Of a stretch of DNA of 64,000 bases, positions 63,988 through 64,000 are shown in pieces (position 1 is the first letter of the stretch; each line of letters opens with the position of its first letter). The translations under genes were made by a program, and so were the position numbers. The stretch is from Methanomethylovorans hollandica DSM 15978. Its GTDB lineage: Archaea > Halobacteriota > Methanosarcinia > Methanosarcinales > Methanosarcinaceae. The notes beneath the pieces are model-generated. The model worked only from the letters and a program-made list of their open reading frames with translations, was not told the origin of the DNA and ran no database searches. The stretch is from positions 930,001 to 994,000 of the forward strand of contig NC_019977.1 of the NCBI RefSeq assembly GCF_000328665.1, given 5' to 3'.

Positions 63988-64000
63988 ATGGATAAAAGAT
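63988..64000 (+). CDS. Probable start of a divergent gene running off the window
   Basis: GAGGT RBS then ATG GAT AAA AGA at the window edge. Confidence 0.35.

Overview
Chromosomal window from a methanogenic archaeon, most likely family Methanosarcinaceae (inferred from the F420 cof genes, an archaeal ACDS operon and the grpE-dnaK-dnaJ-trkA order). It is mostly core genes: the chaperone/K+ uptake cluster; a cluster in which two ferredoxin + flavin-reductase pairs flank cofG-cofH-cofH-cofC; tRNA-Ser(UGA); an FKBP; a dCache chemoreceptor divergent from two tandem small-protein/sodium:solute symporter units; an intact ISL3; cdhABC-cooC-cdhDE; DUF362-DUF2193-aquaporin; nmd3-ATP-grasp-tfe-HD-psmB-aCPSF1; ftsZ2; a K+-independent membrane PPase; tRNA thiolase; tctA; and cooC. 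Accessory DNA lies mainly at about 13.2-18.0 kb (next to the tRNA 3' end), 28.3-30.5 kb and 40.8-41.9 kb. Reading the sequence by hand found several genes missing from the ORF track. The most notable is a tandem pair of 23/24-aa lysine-rich micro-ORFs, each with its own RBS and sharing a terminator. Others are two more RBS-backed small ORFs, a ferredoxin, two symporter accessory proteins and two pseudogenes. Several candidate regulatory palindromes and leaders were also seen. No CRISPR array or rRNA was found. Family assignments come from motif recognition, not database searches.
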